Position numbers and translations under genes: made by a program. Positions 25,319 through 37,141 of a stretch of 64,000 nucleotides of DNA are shown in pieces. This DNA comes from Camelus ferus (lineage: Eukaryota). The stretch lies in the NCBI RefSeq assembly GCF_009834535.1, contig NC_045697.1:108812001-108876000 (forward strand), in the 5' to 3' direction. Positions within the stretch are counted from its first letter, which is position 1; every line of letters starts with the position of its first letter. Under the pieces are notes generated by a model. It saw only the letters and a list, made by a program, of their open reading frames with translations. It did no database searches and was not told where the DNA came from.

Positions 25319-25598
25319 AATGAACTCGTATACAAAATAGAAACAGACTCACAGACATAGTAAACAAGCTCATGGATATTGGGGAAGTGGGTGGGAAGAG
25401 ATAACTTTGGGAGTTTGAGTTTTGCAGATGTTAACCACTGTATATAAAGATAAAGAAAAAATTTCTTCTGTATAGCACAAGGAACTGTACTCAATATCTT
25501 GCAATAACCTTTAATGGAAAAGAATGAATGCATGACTGGGACATTGTGCTGTACACAAGAAATTGACACATTGCAATTGTGCTTCAATTAAAAAAAAA
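25319..25598 (+). mobile_element. Young L1 3' UTR fragment
   Basis: AATGAACTCGTATACAAAATAGAAACAGACTCACAGACATAG...poly(A). The TSD AAGATTTCC(T/C)CAC lies at about 25306-25318 and 25599-25611. Confidence 0.9.
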
Positions 25599-26946
25599 AA
25601 GATTTCCCCACCTCAAGATATTAATATATATTATATATTTTTATATATTTTCTTAATATTTTCTTGCAGTTCTTCTCAGACAGTATCATGTAATAGCTTT
25701 ATGATCCAGTGAGGAAAACTGCAGAAAATCAGAACAACTTGTCCAGTGACTTGATTGATTGCTCAGCTCAATATCTATTCTGCTGCCATTGAAAAAGTGA
25801 CCCTTTTGGGAAAGGACGGGACTCAGTACCACTTTGTGGGTCTCCTGGGAGCCACCTGTCATTCTGACTCTGGGACTTTCATCCCCCACGAGGCTTAATT
25901 TCCTACCTCAGAGGTTGCATGCTTGAGTCAAGATGATTTCTTAGCTGCTATTGATGGGAGCTGTGGGTTTACCATCTGTGTGCCCTTGGACCACTTTTCT
26001 TTCCTCTCCAGACTTCTCCAAAGAATACTTTTAGGAAAAATAAACACCTAGGGCTTCCAAAGATGTTGAAAAATTAGTCCAAGGACTCCAACATTTCCTT
26101 TCTTTTAAAAAAAGCTCATTGTCTTTGTAGATGCTCGCTAACCCTTGTCCCTGTGGGAACAGCCCCACCCAGGGGACCACCTCGCCCAGGCTGTGATCCT
26201 AACACAGTAAAGTTGTTTTCCAAACTCCATGAGGCATTCTTGCTGAGTGCCTGGGGGTATCGAGCTGCATTCTCTCAGCAGTCATCAGAAAGAAGAACGA
26301 GATCATTTAAGTGCATGAGAGTCACACACTGCAAAGTATCTTTCTAGACAAACTTTACCAGGTAGAGAAGGAGTGAGCTACATCCTAATGCCTGAGCAAG
26401 AAGCTGGCAGTCAAGCACATGGAATCATTCGTGAGTGAGCAGCCTACGAATTCATGATTCTTATATTGTTTCTCCCTCCCCATGAGGAATAAAAGTAAAG
26501 AAAAATGTCTTCTCTGCATCACTTAGCTTCATCCCCTAACCTCACAATCTTTTCTCCCTGGATTACAATCACTACTGAGTTCTTTCAAGAGTTCTCCTGT
26601 TCCTAACCCTCGGCAGTGTTGGAAAAGTCAGTGTTTGAAAGATTTCTGAAATCATAAACTTTACATCGATGCATTTCAGTATATTTTTATTGTACACAGA
26701 TGTAAACATAAAAAGAAAGAGTTAAGAAAAAATTACCATTAGACAATAATGGAGAAAATGACATTTTAGTTACAACCCTGTCCTCTGACAACCTCCCTAC
26801 TCCCCACTGACACTGACCAGATAACTGACCAATCCAGGATGTCAGTTGCTGGTTGGGTTCCAGGTGGAATGTTGGGGTGTCCCCTGGGGCTTATTGTGGC
26901 TGGTGGATCCACGGTAACTGGGCAGAGCCCTGGGTGGGTCAGTGCC

Positions 26947-27574
26947 ATGGAGGGGCTGCCAGTCCTCTGTGGAGCTTGGCTTTGGGCAGATCCTTAGGAA
27001 GCTGAGTGCAGGTCCTGGTGTTGCTGCTGCCCAATGGCCTGTGTTCTCAGCTCATGTTCCAGAGCCTCCACTGGGAGACAGCGTTAAGGTCTGTCCTCAC
27101 CTTGTTGGTGGGTGTGTTATTTACTTGCAGACTTATCAGTCTGTTAGAAGTGAACTTAACAGAAGACATGAAAAGCAACTGGCAAAAACACTGGCTGCAC
27201 AGATTTAGGAGAAATGCCACCTCATCGACAAGCTCTGTGTGGCTAAAAAGGAGTGCGCCAGGATGGAGACAACTGTAAAGAAGGCCAGGCTAGAGGAAGA
27301 GCCAGTAAACATACCCAGCCTCACTGACACTTCCAGAAAGTTGATGACGGTTAACCTGAGTTCGAGGAAGGAAATCAATTTTCTCGTCCAAGAACTGAAG
27401 AGAGAGAGATCCCTGCAGTCTATATAAGAAGAGATGGTGGAGATGCTAACAGTGCTTAAGTTCCTGGAGGAAGTCATGAGAATCAGCACATCACAAGGGG
27501 CTTTTACAAATCAGCCAGGGGACCAAGCACCAAGTCCTGATGGTCCCTTTCCCAGGAGTGGGCCCTCGTGTTAA
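26947..27574 (+). pseudogene. CTAGE5: Disabled intronless retrocopy of a cTAGE5/MIA2 (MEA6, TANGO1-like) family gene; the whole insertion spans about 26600-28633
   Basis: Kozak GCCATGG with ATG at 26947. Frame-corrected peptide: MEG/QSSVELGFGQILRKL/QVLVLLLPNGLCSQLMFQSLHWETALRSVLTLLVGVLFTC/TYQSVRSELNRRHEKQLAKTLAAQI*EKCHLIDKLCVAKKECARMETTVKKARLEEE..SLTDTSRKL..NLSSRKEINFLVQELKRERS. By eye this aligns with the recalled cTAGE5 N-terminus (LGLVLEELRRVVAALPE..PWELV..TM..FRSVRSRLYVGREKKLA..LIEEKSKLLEKFSLVQKEY..SLEATCEKLNRSNSELEDEILCLEKELKEEKS). At least 3 frameshifts and 2 in-frame stops (27206, 27425). AATAAA at 28584 and 28593, A-rich tail from 28613, and TSD AAGAGTTCT(C/A)CTG at 26587-26599 and 28634-28646. 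Confidence 0.85.
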
Positions 27575-27772
27575 AGCTGTGCTGTCCCCTCCCCTCCACT
27601 CAGGCCTCCCAAACTGCCTGGCTGCACTCACTCACTCAGTCAGATCTCCACCTGAGCTGCACTGAGGCCAGTGGTTGGAGGGCAATACCCTCCTTTGGAC
27701 CAGAGTTCCTCCAACTTTACAAGTGAGTACAGCAGTGAACTCCTTCAGGGTCAACATTTCTCATCTAAAATA

Positions 27773-28168
27773 TGTTGAAATTTCTGGAACACACCACGAA
27801 GCAGGGGACTTTTTTTATTGAAGGGGCAAAACTCACAAAGGGGCCAGCAAGACCTCCCAGGCAGGGCCATTTCCTTCCCGCTTTTGCACTTCTGTAAAAC
27901 AGCTTGCTTCTAGGAAAATGAAATTTACCCCTAAAATTCCATTGGTTCCTAAAAGCTCACTCCTGATTGGTCCATTTCTAACACCTCATTTGCATACGGT
28001 GCAAACTTAATCAAAACCTAAAACTCTATAATAGCCTGTGTAAACCTACAGACAGGGTCCAGAGCTTGGAGTGTTAACTCCTCTGGGCCTGCTGGCATAA
28101 TAAAACCTGAGTTCTCCAGTTCTCCGAGTGTCGCTTGGTCTCTGAACGGGATTCAGGTTTCTGTAACA
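27773..28168 (+). mobile_element. Solo ERV (class I-like) LTR inside the 3' region of the cTAGE retrocopy
   Basis: TGTT...AACA termini, about 396 bp. Two inverted CCAAT boxes (27941, 27966), octamer ATTTGCAT (27988), TATA-like TATAATA (28027) and AATAAA (28099) occur in LTR order. Confidence 0.75.
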
Positions 28169-29099
28169 TTAAATTCAGCAAATGTTTGGATTATATCTTA
28201 TTATGTGTGAAAGAAATGTTGTAATTGAGACTGATCTCCTTAGTTTGAATCTATATTAAGCCTCATTTCTCAAGACAGTTTGGGTAACTATTCTATATCA
28301 GCAATGTGAGTGAAGTGTGTATATAATTATTCTGTGTACAAATATTGCATTATAATTTGAAAAGGTATGCAATTTGTCAACATAAACTTTTAGATGGCCA
28401 TAACATTTATTTCTAGAGTTTAATTCTGAAGTCATAAGTTTAAGTCAAAGAGCCTTTTTTTTACCTGAGTATGTATAGTTTTAAAAAAAAAAAAAAGATG
28501 ACTTTTTTAAGATGAAGTTAAATTGTACTCTTAGAAGAAACTTTTATCACTTAATTTTTATATTCTGCTATAACAATATCCATAATAAAAATAATAAATT
28601 TGATGAATTTTTAAAAAAAGAAAAAAGAAAAAAAAGAGTTCTACTGGAGAAGATTTGTTTTTACAAGGACAAAGGTATAAATGAAAGGAGGCTTTGCTGA
28701 GACAGGAGTGGAGGGACCAGACCTAAACTGATGGAGTTTTTAGAAAACAGCATCATTGTGTGAATCACACAGTTTTCTCCCTCTCCTCCCCCACACCACC
28801 CCACCCAGAGGAGATGCAGACCTGCCACTGTGTCTGCAACCCTGAGATAGAAACTCACAATGAGTCTGAAGTTAGCAGCAACCTGTTCCTTTTCCTGAAA
28901 CAGGGGTACTTCAAGCTCAGAAGAAGAGAAATAAACGTCTATGAACTATCAGCTTTCAGTCTCTTGCAATTTCTTCTCTTAAAACAGTCTTTAGGTAAGG
29001 AGTGCAGGATTGCTGGGGGCAAAAGAACATTTAAAAGTAGAAATGAGGAATTCAGAGAACCTCAGTCCAGCAACTATCCTACTAAACCCAATAACCAAT

Positions 29100-30480
29100 A
29101 ATTTTGTTTTTTTAACACACTTTCCTTTTTAGATTTGCAGAATGTACAGTTTCAGATTTACGAATTATCGTCCAGAAAGGGTTCCTACGTACCTAGTTTC
29201 TCCTATGTTAGCACCTTACATTATTAGCATGGGACATTTTTTACAGTGAAAGGACCAATATTGATACATTATTATTGAAGTCCATACATTGTTCACATTT
29301 TCTTAGTTTTTCCCTAATATTCTAGGATCCCACCAAGGACATCGCAATACGTGTATTAGTCCCGTCTCCTCAGGGTCCTCTTGGCTGGGACAGTTTCTCA
29401 GACTTTACTTTGGGTTTACTTTTCTCCAGACTAGATGAATATGTTTTTAGGAGGAAGATCACAGAGGCAAAGGGCATTTCTCGTCACATCACATCAGGGG
29501 CACGCACTGTCAATATGCCCTATTGTTGCTGTTGACCTTAACTTTGATCACCTGGTAGCATTGGACAGGTTTCTCCGCTGTACGGTTGCTCTTTTTCCCG
29601 CCCTTTCCGTCATGCTCTCAGGAAGAACGTCGCTCTGCCGAGGCTACACATAAGGAGCAGGGAGCTATCCTTCAGCTCCTTGAGGGCAGGGTATCCACAT
29701 TAATGACTTGGAGTTCTGCATTTCTCTCTTCTCCCACATGTATTTATTTATTACTCCAATCATTTATTTACATCACTATTGATTCATGGACATTTATATT
29801 ATTATAATATGTAAGTTATATTTATATGTTACATATGTTATAATTTTAGTATAACTTTAGGTTATAATTCAATACTACCTTAATCAATAGTTGGTTTTTT
29901 TTTTACTTTTTATTACACAATATTTTGAGTATATAAAATAGTAGACAAAATAATATAGTGAGCCCTCATGTCTCAGTCACCAGCCCTAATACCCATGAAG
30001 CCATGGGCAATTTTGCCCCCTAAATACCATATTATTTCATCCTTAAGTATTTCTATATGTATCAAGAATTAAAAAAAAAAAAATAGCTACAATACAATGA
30101 GCACAGCTAAAACAATTAACAATAAATCCTGAAGAGCAAATAGTCCAGGTTCAAATTTCAAATTGTTTCATGAGGGTATATTTTACAGTTTTTCTCTTAA
30201 ACCAGATTTGGAGTAAGCCTTTATTTACTTTGGGATTGATGGATGTAAAATTTAAGTCTTTTTTAATCTATAAGTTCCCTTTTTATCTTTACCTCTCTCT
30301 CCTTTTTTTTTTTTTAAGTTTTGCAGTATATTTAATGAAAGAATCAACTGTACATCCAGAGTTTTCCAGGCTGCATTTTGCTGATGGCATTGCTGGGATG
30401 TAGTTCAGGATGCCTCTGGCCTCTGTATTTCCTTCAAGTTGGTAGTGAGATCTGGCGCCAAGGCTGGATTTTAGGGCATA
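29100..30480 (-). mobile_element. Old antisense L1 (L1MC/MD-type) 3' region, degraded
   Basis: TTTTAGATTTGCAGAA...CCAATATTGATACATTATTATTGAAGTCCATAC...GGGAGCTATCCTTCAGCTCCTTGAGGG are old-L1 3' UTR motifs. Confidence 0.65.
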
Positions 30481-30849
30481 TTGTCAATGAATAATGAAAC
30501 AGAAGTTTTCTGTCCTTGTTAGTGTGACCAAGGACGCGGAAGCTGGTGTGGGCGGGGCCACATTCGAGCCATGGACCAGTGTGGCCCGGAGGTGGGTGAG
30601 TGCTGGGTGCCTCGGAGTCACACCCTCACTGAAGCAGCCTGAAGGATGCCCGCCAGCGGGCTGTGGAAATGGTAGCACATGAACTCGGCATGCTCTGCAG
30701 CGGGATCCCCACAGAGTTCAGGTTCAAAGCGGTCTGCGCAAATCTCAATCTCCTATTTCTATTAATTTTTAAATGTCTCTGACATTCTTTATAAGCAGCT
30801 GCTGATGCTATAAGTCTCTTAACTGTTAAAATTCCTGTGCCCTGTGATC

Positions 30850-31020
30850 AGACATGGCTATATAATAAGTATGAAGCTTAGGTATGACGAGGTGGGGGTC
30901 CCTTGTTCAAAATTATTAAGAATTTCTAGGTAACAACAGCAGAACATTAAACCAAGCACTGGGCACTGTTACGTGTAGGACCCTGTGTGCCTGGGCACCC
31001 GGGAAGCCCATCTGCCTGTG
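30850..31020 (-). mobile_element. MER45A-like hAT-Tip100 element
   Basis: CCCTTGTTCAAAATTATTAAGAATTTC...ACAGCAGAACATTAAACCAAGCAC matches the reverse complement of the recalled MER45A consensus. Confidence 0.75.
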
Positions 31021-31230
31021 ATACCCCATGGGAGTTGAACGGGGAGATAGATACTCATTATCTTCACCCCTTACACAGAGCACCTCCAACCCAGAGCTCA
31101 CCGAGGTTTTGGTGGAACACCGGGACCCTGCGATGTCACATCCCTCCATGACAAATCCGTCCTTATCTAACTCAGGAACACCCGGAGGTAAAGGCCTCAG
31201 CCCTGCAGCATGGGCACGAGGGAACTGTTT

Positions 31231-31997
31231 TGTTTTGTTTAACATTTTTTATTGATTTATAATCATTTTACAATGTTGTGTCAAATTCCAGTGTAGAGCA
31301 CAATTTTTCAGTTGTACATGAACATACATATATATTCATTGTCACATTTTTTTCTCTGTGAGCTACCATAAGATCTTGTATATATTTCCCTGTGCTATAC
31401 TGTATAATCTTGTTTATCTATTCTACAATTTTGAAATCCCAGTCTATCCCTTCCCACCCTCTGCCCCCTTGGCAACCACAAGTTTGTATTCTATGTCTAT
31501 GAGTCTATTTCTGTTTTGTATTTACACTTTGTGTGTGTGTTTTTTTTAGATTCCACATATGAGCAATCTCATATGGTATTTTTCTCTCTCTTTCTGGCTT
31601 ACTTCACTTAGAATGACATTCTCCAGGAACATCCACGTTGCTGCAGACAGCGTTATGTTGTCGCTTTTTATGGTTGAGTAGTATTCCATTGTATAAATAT
31701 ACCACATCTTCTTTATCCAGTCATCTGTTGATGGACATTTAGGCTGTCTCCATGTCTTGGCTATTGTAAATAGTGCTGCTATGAACATTGGGGTGCAGGT
31801 GTCATCCTGAAGTAGGGTTCCTTCTGGATTTATGCCCAGGAGCGGGATTCCTGGGTCATATGGTAAGTCTATTCCTAGTCTTTTGAGGAATCTCCACACT
31901 GTTTTCCACAGTGGCTGCACCAAACTGCATTCCCACCAGCAGTGTAGGAGGGCTCCCCTTTCTCCACAGTCTCTCCAGCATTTGTCATTTGCGGATT
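31231..31997 (-). mobile_element. Young 5'-truncated L1, antisense, with an uninterrupted ORF2 C-terminal frame
   Basis: ORF 31546-31923 [30 protein letters not shown]...MRLLICGI* is open. The TSD ACGA(G/C)GGAACTGTTT lies at 31216-31230 and 31998-32012. Confidence 0.95.
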
Positions 31998-32186
31998 ACG
32001 ACGGAACTGTTTCACAGCAGGTTACACTGCCTGGCACCAGAGGAGTTCAGAGCCTGAGAGCCCTCTCTCCAGTACTGTGGTTATGTAGGACATGTCTCTT
32101 GTTCTTGAGGGATACACGCTTATGTGTTTCAGGGTGGAGCGTCAGAATGCCTGCAACTAATTTTCAGATGGTTCAAAACATGGGCG

Positions 32187-32189
<3 letters not shown>

Positions 32190-32217
<28 letters not shown>
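32190..32217. repeat. (CA)n microsatellite
   Basis: Run of about 14 CA units. Confidence 0.9.
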
Positions 32218-32219
<2 letters not shown>

Positions 32220-32394
32220 CATATATAATATATATGTAGTGGGAAGGGAAGGCCCTTCTAAGCATTTGCCATGTGGAAATCTGGGGAAAGAAGTTTCCAG
32301 AACAGGGAAACGCAGGAGCAAAGCCTTGAACCAAGGTGCCCTAGCCAGGCAACCAATGTGGCAGAGCTAAATAAAAGCCTGAATTTGGAGATTC

Positions 32395-32489
32395 CTTTTT
32401 TTTTCTTTTTTAATGGAGGTACTGGAGATTGAACCCAAGACCTGGTGCATGCTAAACCCACACTCTGCTACTGAGCTATTACTCTCCCC
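32395..32489 (-). mobile_element. tRNA-Ala-derived (Vic-1-type) SINE
   Basis: TTTAATGGAGGTACTGGAGATTGAACCCAAGACC...CTGAGCTATTACTCTCCCC. Confidence 0.9.
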
Positions 32490-32599
32490 ACCAATTTCTT
32501 CCTTCCTTCCTTCCTTTCTCCCTTTCTTTCTTTCTCTCTCTTTCTCTCTTTCTTTTGTTTAAGTTTGGGCTTCCAAAACCAGACAGGCATCCCTCACAG

Positions 32600-32790
32600 A
32601 TCCCACTGTATTCCATCACAGCATTTAACACTACAGGAACTCGTCCTGCTCTGTGATCTGTTTGTTTCTCTCCCCACTAGGATGTGAGCCAGTTAGAGAA
32701 GGAACCTGGTTTTCCTTCCTCACCCTGTAGCACTGTATCCCGGCGCCTGGAGCAGGGCTGCAGCGGGAGGAACTCCGTAAGTATTTGTTA
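32600..32790 (+). mobile_element. LINE-2 3' end
   Basis: TCTCTCCCCACTAGGATGTGAGC...CACTGTATCCCGGCGCCTGGAGCAG...TAAGTATTTGTT. Confidence 0.65.
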
Positions 32791-33979
32791 CCTGGGTGGC
32801 AGTGTGTGAATAAGTGATCAAAGTGATCATTCAACCAAGGGCGAGAAGGAGTCCGCGATGTCAATCACACTGAGTGGTCAGATCTGGGGAGTATGAGACA
32901 TTTCAAAGAAAGCTGAGGGAGAAGAGTGTGTTTTTCCAGAACAGCAAACACCTGAGGAAGACATGGTTGGGGTAGGTGGAAGGGGAGGCTTAAAGGGGGA
33001 GCTTTATTGCTGTTCAGATCATTCCCTCCCTTTCTCTTAGTGGACCCTTTTAAATGTGTGCAAGGAGGGTGGAGGCATTGGTGTGGCTGTTGTTTCCGCC
33101 TCGTTTCTCTCTTATCAGAAACAGGAACTCAAAGGTCCAAGGGTTGAAACATCACTCAGCCCCCTCCCCAGGCTCTCCCGTGGGCTTCCCGACCCGCTGG
33201 ACTTCATCTCCTGAGGTTTAGGCGTAAACCACCAACTGCTGTGAGTATCATTTTTCAATCTGGGAAAACCGAGTAGCCAGCCGATTTAACAGGGAGATTG
33301 ACATGGACCTGCTTAGAATGTGGGTGATCTGGCAGAATGAAAGCAGGATCAGGGTCACGTTTTAAAACTCATTCTTAGCAGACAGGCCTCTTCTGGTGCC
33401 GAGAAGAAAAAGAAAACAACTGTCTGGGAGATCAAATAAAATGATCATTCCAGACCATGGAAATCGGAGGTGGATCTACGCCCCAGGGCTCGGTACTCTT
33501 GTTGAACGTGTTTGGAGAACAGCAGGTGTCTTAAGTACAGCTCCACGTGAGGCTGCCTCCCTGCCTCGTGAAAATGTGCACGTTTATTCATCCTCAAACA
33601 CCTTGAGACTGTCAAATATTAGAAAGCAAAAATAGGACTTGTCATGTCACACAGACAGAATATAGGAACCAAATATGACTTGTATGTCAGAGACGAAACA
33701 ATCGAAACATCTAAAGAGCTTGCAGCTTGAAAATCTAAAGGTTTTTTTTCTTTTCTATCATTCTCCAAAGCCAAGAAATCAAAACAAAAGTGATGCCAAA
33801 TTTTTCCAATGTTTCTCCCTGCTAGTGAGTTTAAAATCTTCGTAGGGAACAGTCCATCTGTTTAGACAAAAAAACAAGAGTCCCTTGGCCTCGACACAGG
33901 TAAAATTTCTTAAGAGCCTTGGCCCTTTGCCTTCAGTAAGAGCCAGACGCGCCAAGTCCACAGACGTATCAGAAATGAA

Positions 33980-34300
33980 CTCATCTACAAAACAGAAACA
34001 GACTCACAGACATAGTAAACAATCTTATGGTTACTAGGGGAAAGGGGGTGTGGAAGGGATAAATTTGGGAGTTTGAGATTTACAAGTGATAACTACTATA
34101 TATAAAAATAGATTTTAAAAAACCCAAGTTTTTCCTGTATAGCACAGGAAACTATATTTAATATCTTGTGATGACCTTTAATGAAAAAGAATACGAAAAC
34201 AAAGATATGTGTATATATGCATGACTGAGACTGTACTGTTTATCCTGTACACCAGAAATCTACACATTGTAACTGACTATGCTTCAATTAAAAAAAAAGA
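33980..34300 (+). mobile_element. Young L1 3' UTR fragment
   Basis: CTACAAAACAGAAACAGACTCACAGACATAG...poly(A). The direct repeat AGAAATGAA is on both sides. Confidence 0.9.
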
Positions 34301-34819
34301 AGAAATGAAAGTGATTCCCTTCCAGGAAGACAAATTAGTTCAGCTATTTGGCAAATGAATAGATAAGGGTCCTGTTGGCAGACAGGTAAAACTGAAGCAA
34401 ATAGCGGCCTGAAAGTTTATGTTGCTTCTCTTCGCTATCAAGGAAATAGAAAACTGATTATATCAACCAGCCCCTTATGGACGAGTAAAACTGGCATTAA
34501 GTATTTGGTTGCAGCAGAGCTCAGATCATACAAATAACTAATCTAACCAATCTAAATGCATCTAACAATAAACAGATGTCTGCTCCAAAACTGTTATCTA
34601 AGTTTTCATCCTAAGTTGTCTTAAGTTTTAAGAACAAACTTAAAACTGCTAGCAAGATCAAGCAAATTCCTTTAGATGGTAAGCAAGAGTCTGAAGAGGA
34701 CCTAGGAAATAAATGTTAAGGAAAGGCTAAGTTCATTGTCTTATTTTTTCTTTGGGTTTTTACTTCTGCTTCTTTTGCTTTCAGGCTGGGGCAAGTCCTT
34801 TTTTTAACCATATCCAGTT

Positions 34820-35255
34820 AAGAATGAAATAATGTCATTTGCAGCAACATGGATGGACCTAGAGATGATCATACTAAGTGAAGTAAGCCAGAGAAAGACA
34901 AATATCATATGATATCACTTATATGTGGAATCTAAAAAAAAAAAAGATGACACAAACGAACTTATCTACAAAACAGAAAGAGGCTCATAGACATAGAAAA
35001 CAAACTTATAGTTACCAAAAGGGAAGGAGGGAGGGAGGGAGGGATAAATTGGGAGTTTGAGATTGGCTGATACAAACTACTGTGTGCAGAATGAACAACA
35101 AGGTCCTATTGTGTAGCACAGAGAACTGTATTCAATGGCTTCTAGTAACCTGTAATAAAAAATATGAAAAAGAATATATATATGTAAAAAATAGAAACAT
35201 ATTCCTTTGTAATTTATGTCCACGTAAAAACTTATTTTTATATTAAAAAAAAAAA
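34820..35255 (+). mobile_element. Young L1 ORF2 end and 3' UTR fragment
   Basis: AAGAATGAAATAATGTCATTTGCAGCAACATGGATGGACCTAGAG...A tail. The flanks share TATCCAG(T/C)TAA. Confidence 0.88.
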
Positions 35256-35799
35256 ACCCCAGTATCCAGCTAATGTCTTAGAAACTAAACAGATAAGAAC
35301 TGATCTGGGGACGTATGCTGTTGAGTTAACCTCCAAACACACTTCTTAAATGATAACTGTTTTTAAAAATAGTTTGAAGTCTGAAACTATTTTTCTAAGA
35401 CCTATGTCTAAATATTAGTCAGAAAACTTTTTAAAGGACCAGGCTTTCATGAATTTACCTGGAAAAAAATATTTATTATATATGTATGTTGGAACCAAAA
35501 CAACACCTTTAATTCTTTGATCTCCTTTTCTTTATTCATATAAATGAAATAAATAGTTGCTAACTTATGATTGCTGATAGATAGAAAAATGCCCTCATAC
35601 TAAGATTCTCAGCAAAGAGGGCTGATCATGTGTACAGCTTTGGTCTCTCTTGCCTATAAGTAATATACACCACTCAACCTCTATTTTTTGAGACCCACTA
35701 TGAGAAAAGTGATGAACTAAAGACCTTGTTGCATACAGAGATGGCTCAGCTGTAGATCATTTTTCAGGGGGTGTCTAGGGTAAGGAACACCCAGCATTA

Positions 35800-35905
35800 A
35801 GAATTGAGAGACTGAGTTCTAGTCCTGAATCTGCCACTAACTATGTGACTCTTGGCAAATCACTTAATCCCTGAAAGCCTCGCTCTTTTCATCTATAAAA
35901 AGGGA
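35800..35905 (+). mobile_element. MIR SINE
   Basis: GAGTTCTAGTCCTGAATCTGCCACTAACTATGTGACTCTTGGCAAATCACTTAATCC...TCATCTATAAAA. Confidence 0.8.
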
Positions 35906-35917
35906 AGAAACTAGGTC

Positions 35918-37141
35918 AGCAGTTCCTAACCTGAGGTCCACAACACCCACAGGTGTTCAAGGATGATATTCAGGATCAATAAGCTTATATGTGGAAAATT
36001 GCATTTTATTTCCACTAACCTCTAACTGAAAATGGGCATTTCCTTCCATTGTGAATGTAGGCAACAAACCACAGTCATATTAGCTGTGTATTAGCTGTGC
36101 TTTGTCACCAATAGAAATCACAGTTCTCTTCATTTTATAGAGCCATTTTTACAGACATCTTGAAATATTGTTCAGGCTCATTGTTACTTTGAAATTATGG
36201 TAGTTATTAGATCTGCTGCTGGAGGTTTTTTAAACTAACATTCTAATAAAAAAAGTATATAAATCTCTTACTGTATTACAAATCTGTTTTTAAAAATATG
36301 TTGGATGGCTACTATTAAAAAAAAACAAAATAACAAGTGTTGATGAGGATGGAAAGAAATTGGAACACATATACACTGTTGATGGGAATGTAAAATGGTG
36401 CAGCCAATATGGAAAACAGTATGATAGGTGTCCCCAAAATTAAATATAGAATTACCAAATGATACAGTAATTCCCCTTCTGGGTAGATACCCAAAAGAGT
36501 TGACAGGAAGAGTCAAACAGGTATTTGTACAGCAATAGTCATAGCAGCATTATTCACAATAGCTAAGAAATGAAACAGATCAAATGTTCATCCATGGATG
36601 AATGGAGAAATAAAGTGGGGCATATAATACAATGGAATATTATTCAGCTGTGAAAAGGAAGGCAATTCTGACACATGGATGAAACTTGAGGAGATTATGC
36701 TAAGTGAAAGAAGCTAGTCACAAAAGGGAAAATACTGTAAGATTCCCCTTTTTATCAGGTACTTAGAGTAGTCAAGTTTATAGAGATAGAAGGTAGAATG
36801 GTGGTTGCCAGGGGCAGGGCTGGGGTGGGTAGAGAATGGAGAGCTATTGTTTAATTGGAGATGGCTGGTGTTAATGGTTGCACAACAATGTGAATGTACT
36901 TAATGCCACTAAACAGTACATTAAAAAATGGTAAAGATGGCAAATTTTACATTATGGGTATGTTTTCAAAATTTTGTAAAATAATAATAAATATATATTG
37001 ATAACTACATTTCAAGATGGTTTACATTTCTGGAATCTCATACATTTTATTTTATGCATTTAAAGTGTTATTCTGAAAAGGGTCAGTAGGCATCACAAGA
37101 ATGCCAAAGGGGTCCATGACACAAAAAGATTAAAAATTCCG
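35918..37141. mobile_element. Charlie4-like hAT DNA transposon split by an L1 insertion
   Basis: Starts CAGCAGTTCCTAACCTGAGGTCCA and ends GCCAAAGGGGTCCATGACACAAAAAGATTAAAAATTCC. Internal CACTAACCTCTAACTGAAA...GAATGTAGGCAACAAACCACAG. Confidence 0.7.
36300..36990 (+). mobile_element. L1MB-like ORF2 end and 3' UTR
   Basis: GGATGGCTACTATTAAAAA...GGGAATGTAAAATGGTGCAGCC...GGTTGCACAACAATGTGAATGTACTTAATGCCACT. Confidence 0.88.

Noticed and set aside
26947..27574. cTAGE-like region as a functional CDS
   Set aside because: At least three frameshifts and two in-frame stops. The ATG frame ends after 16 codons.
31546..31923. 125-aa ORF (and similar ORFs at 756, 3706, 5775, 16071, 16379, 51513) as host genes
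   Set aside because: All are C-terminal fragments of L1 ORF2 in truncated insertions, with no promoter, ORF1 or RT domain.
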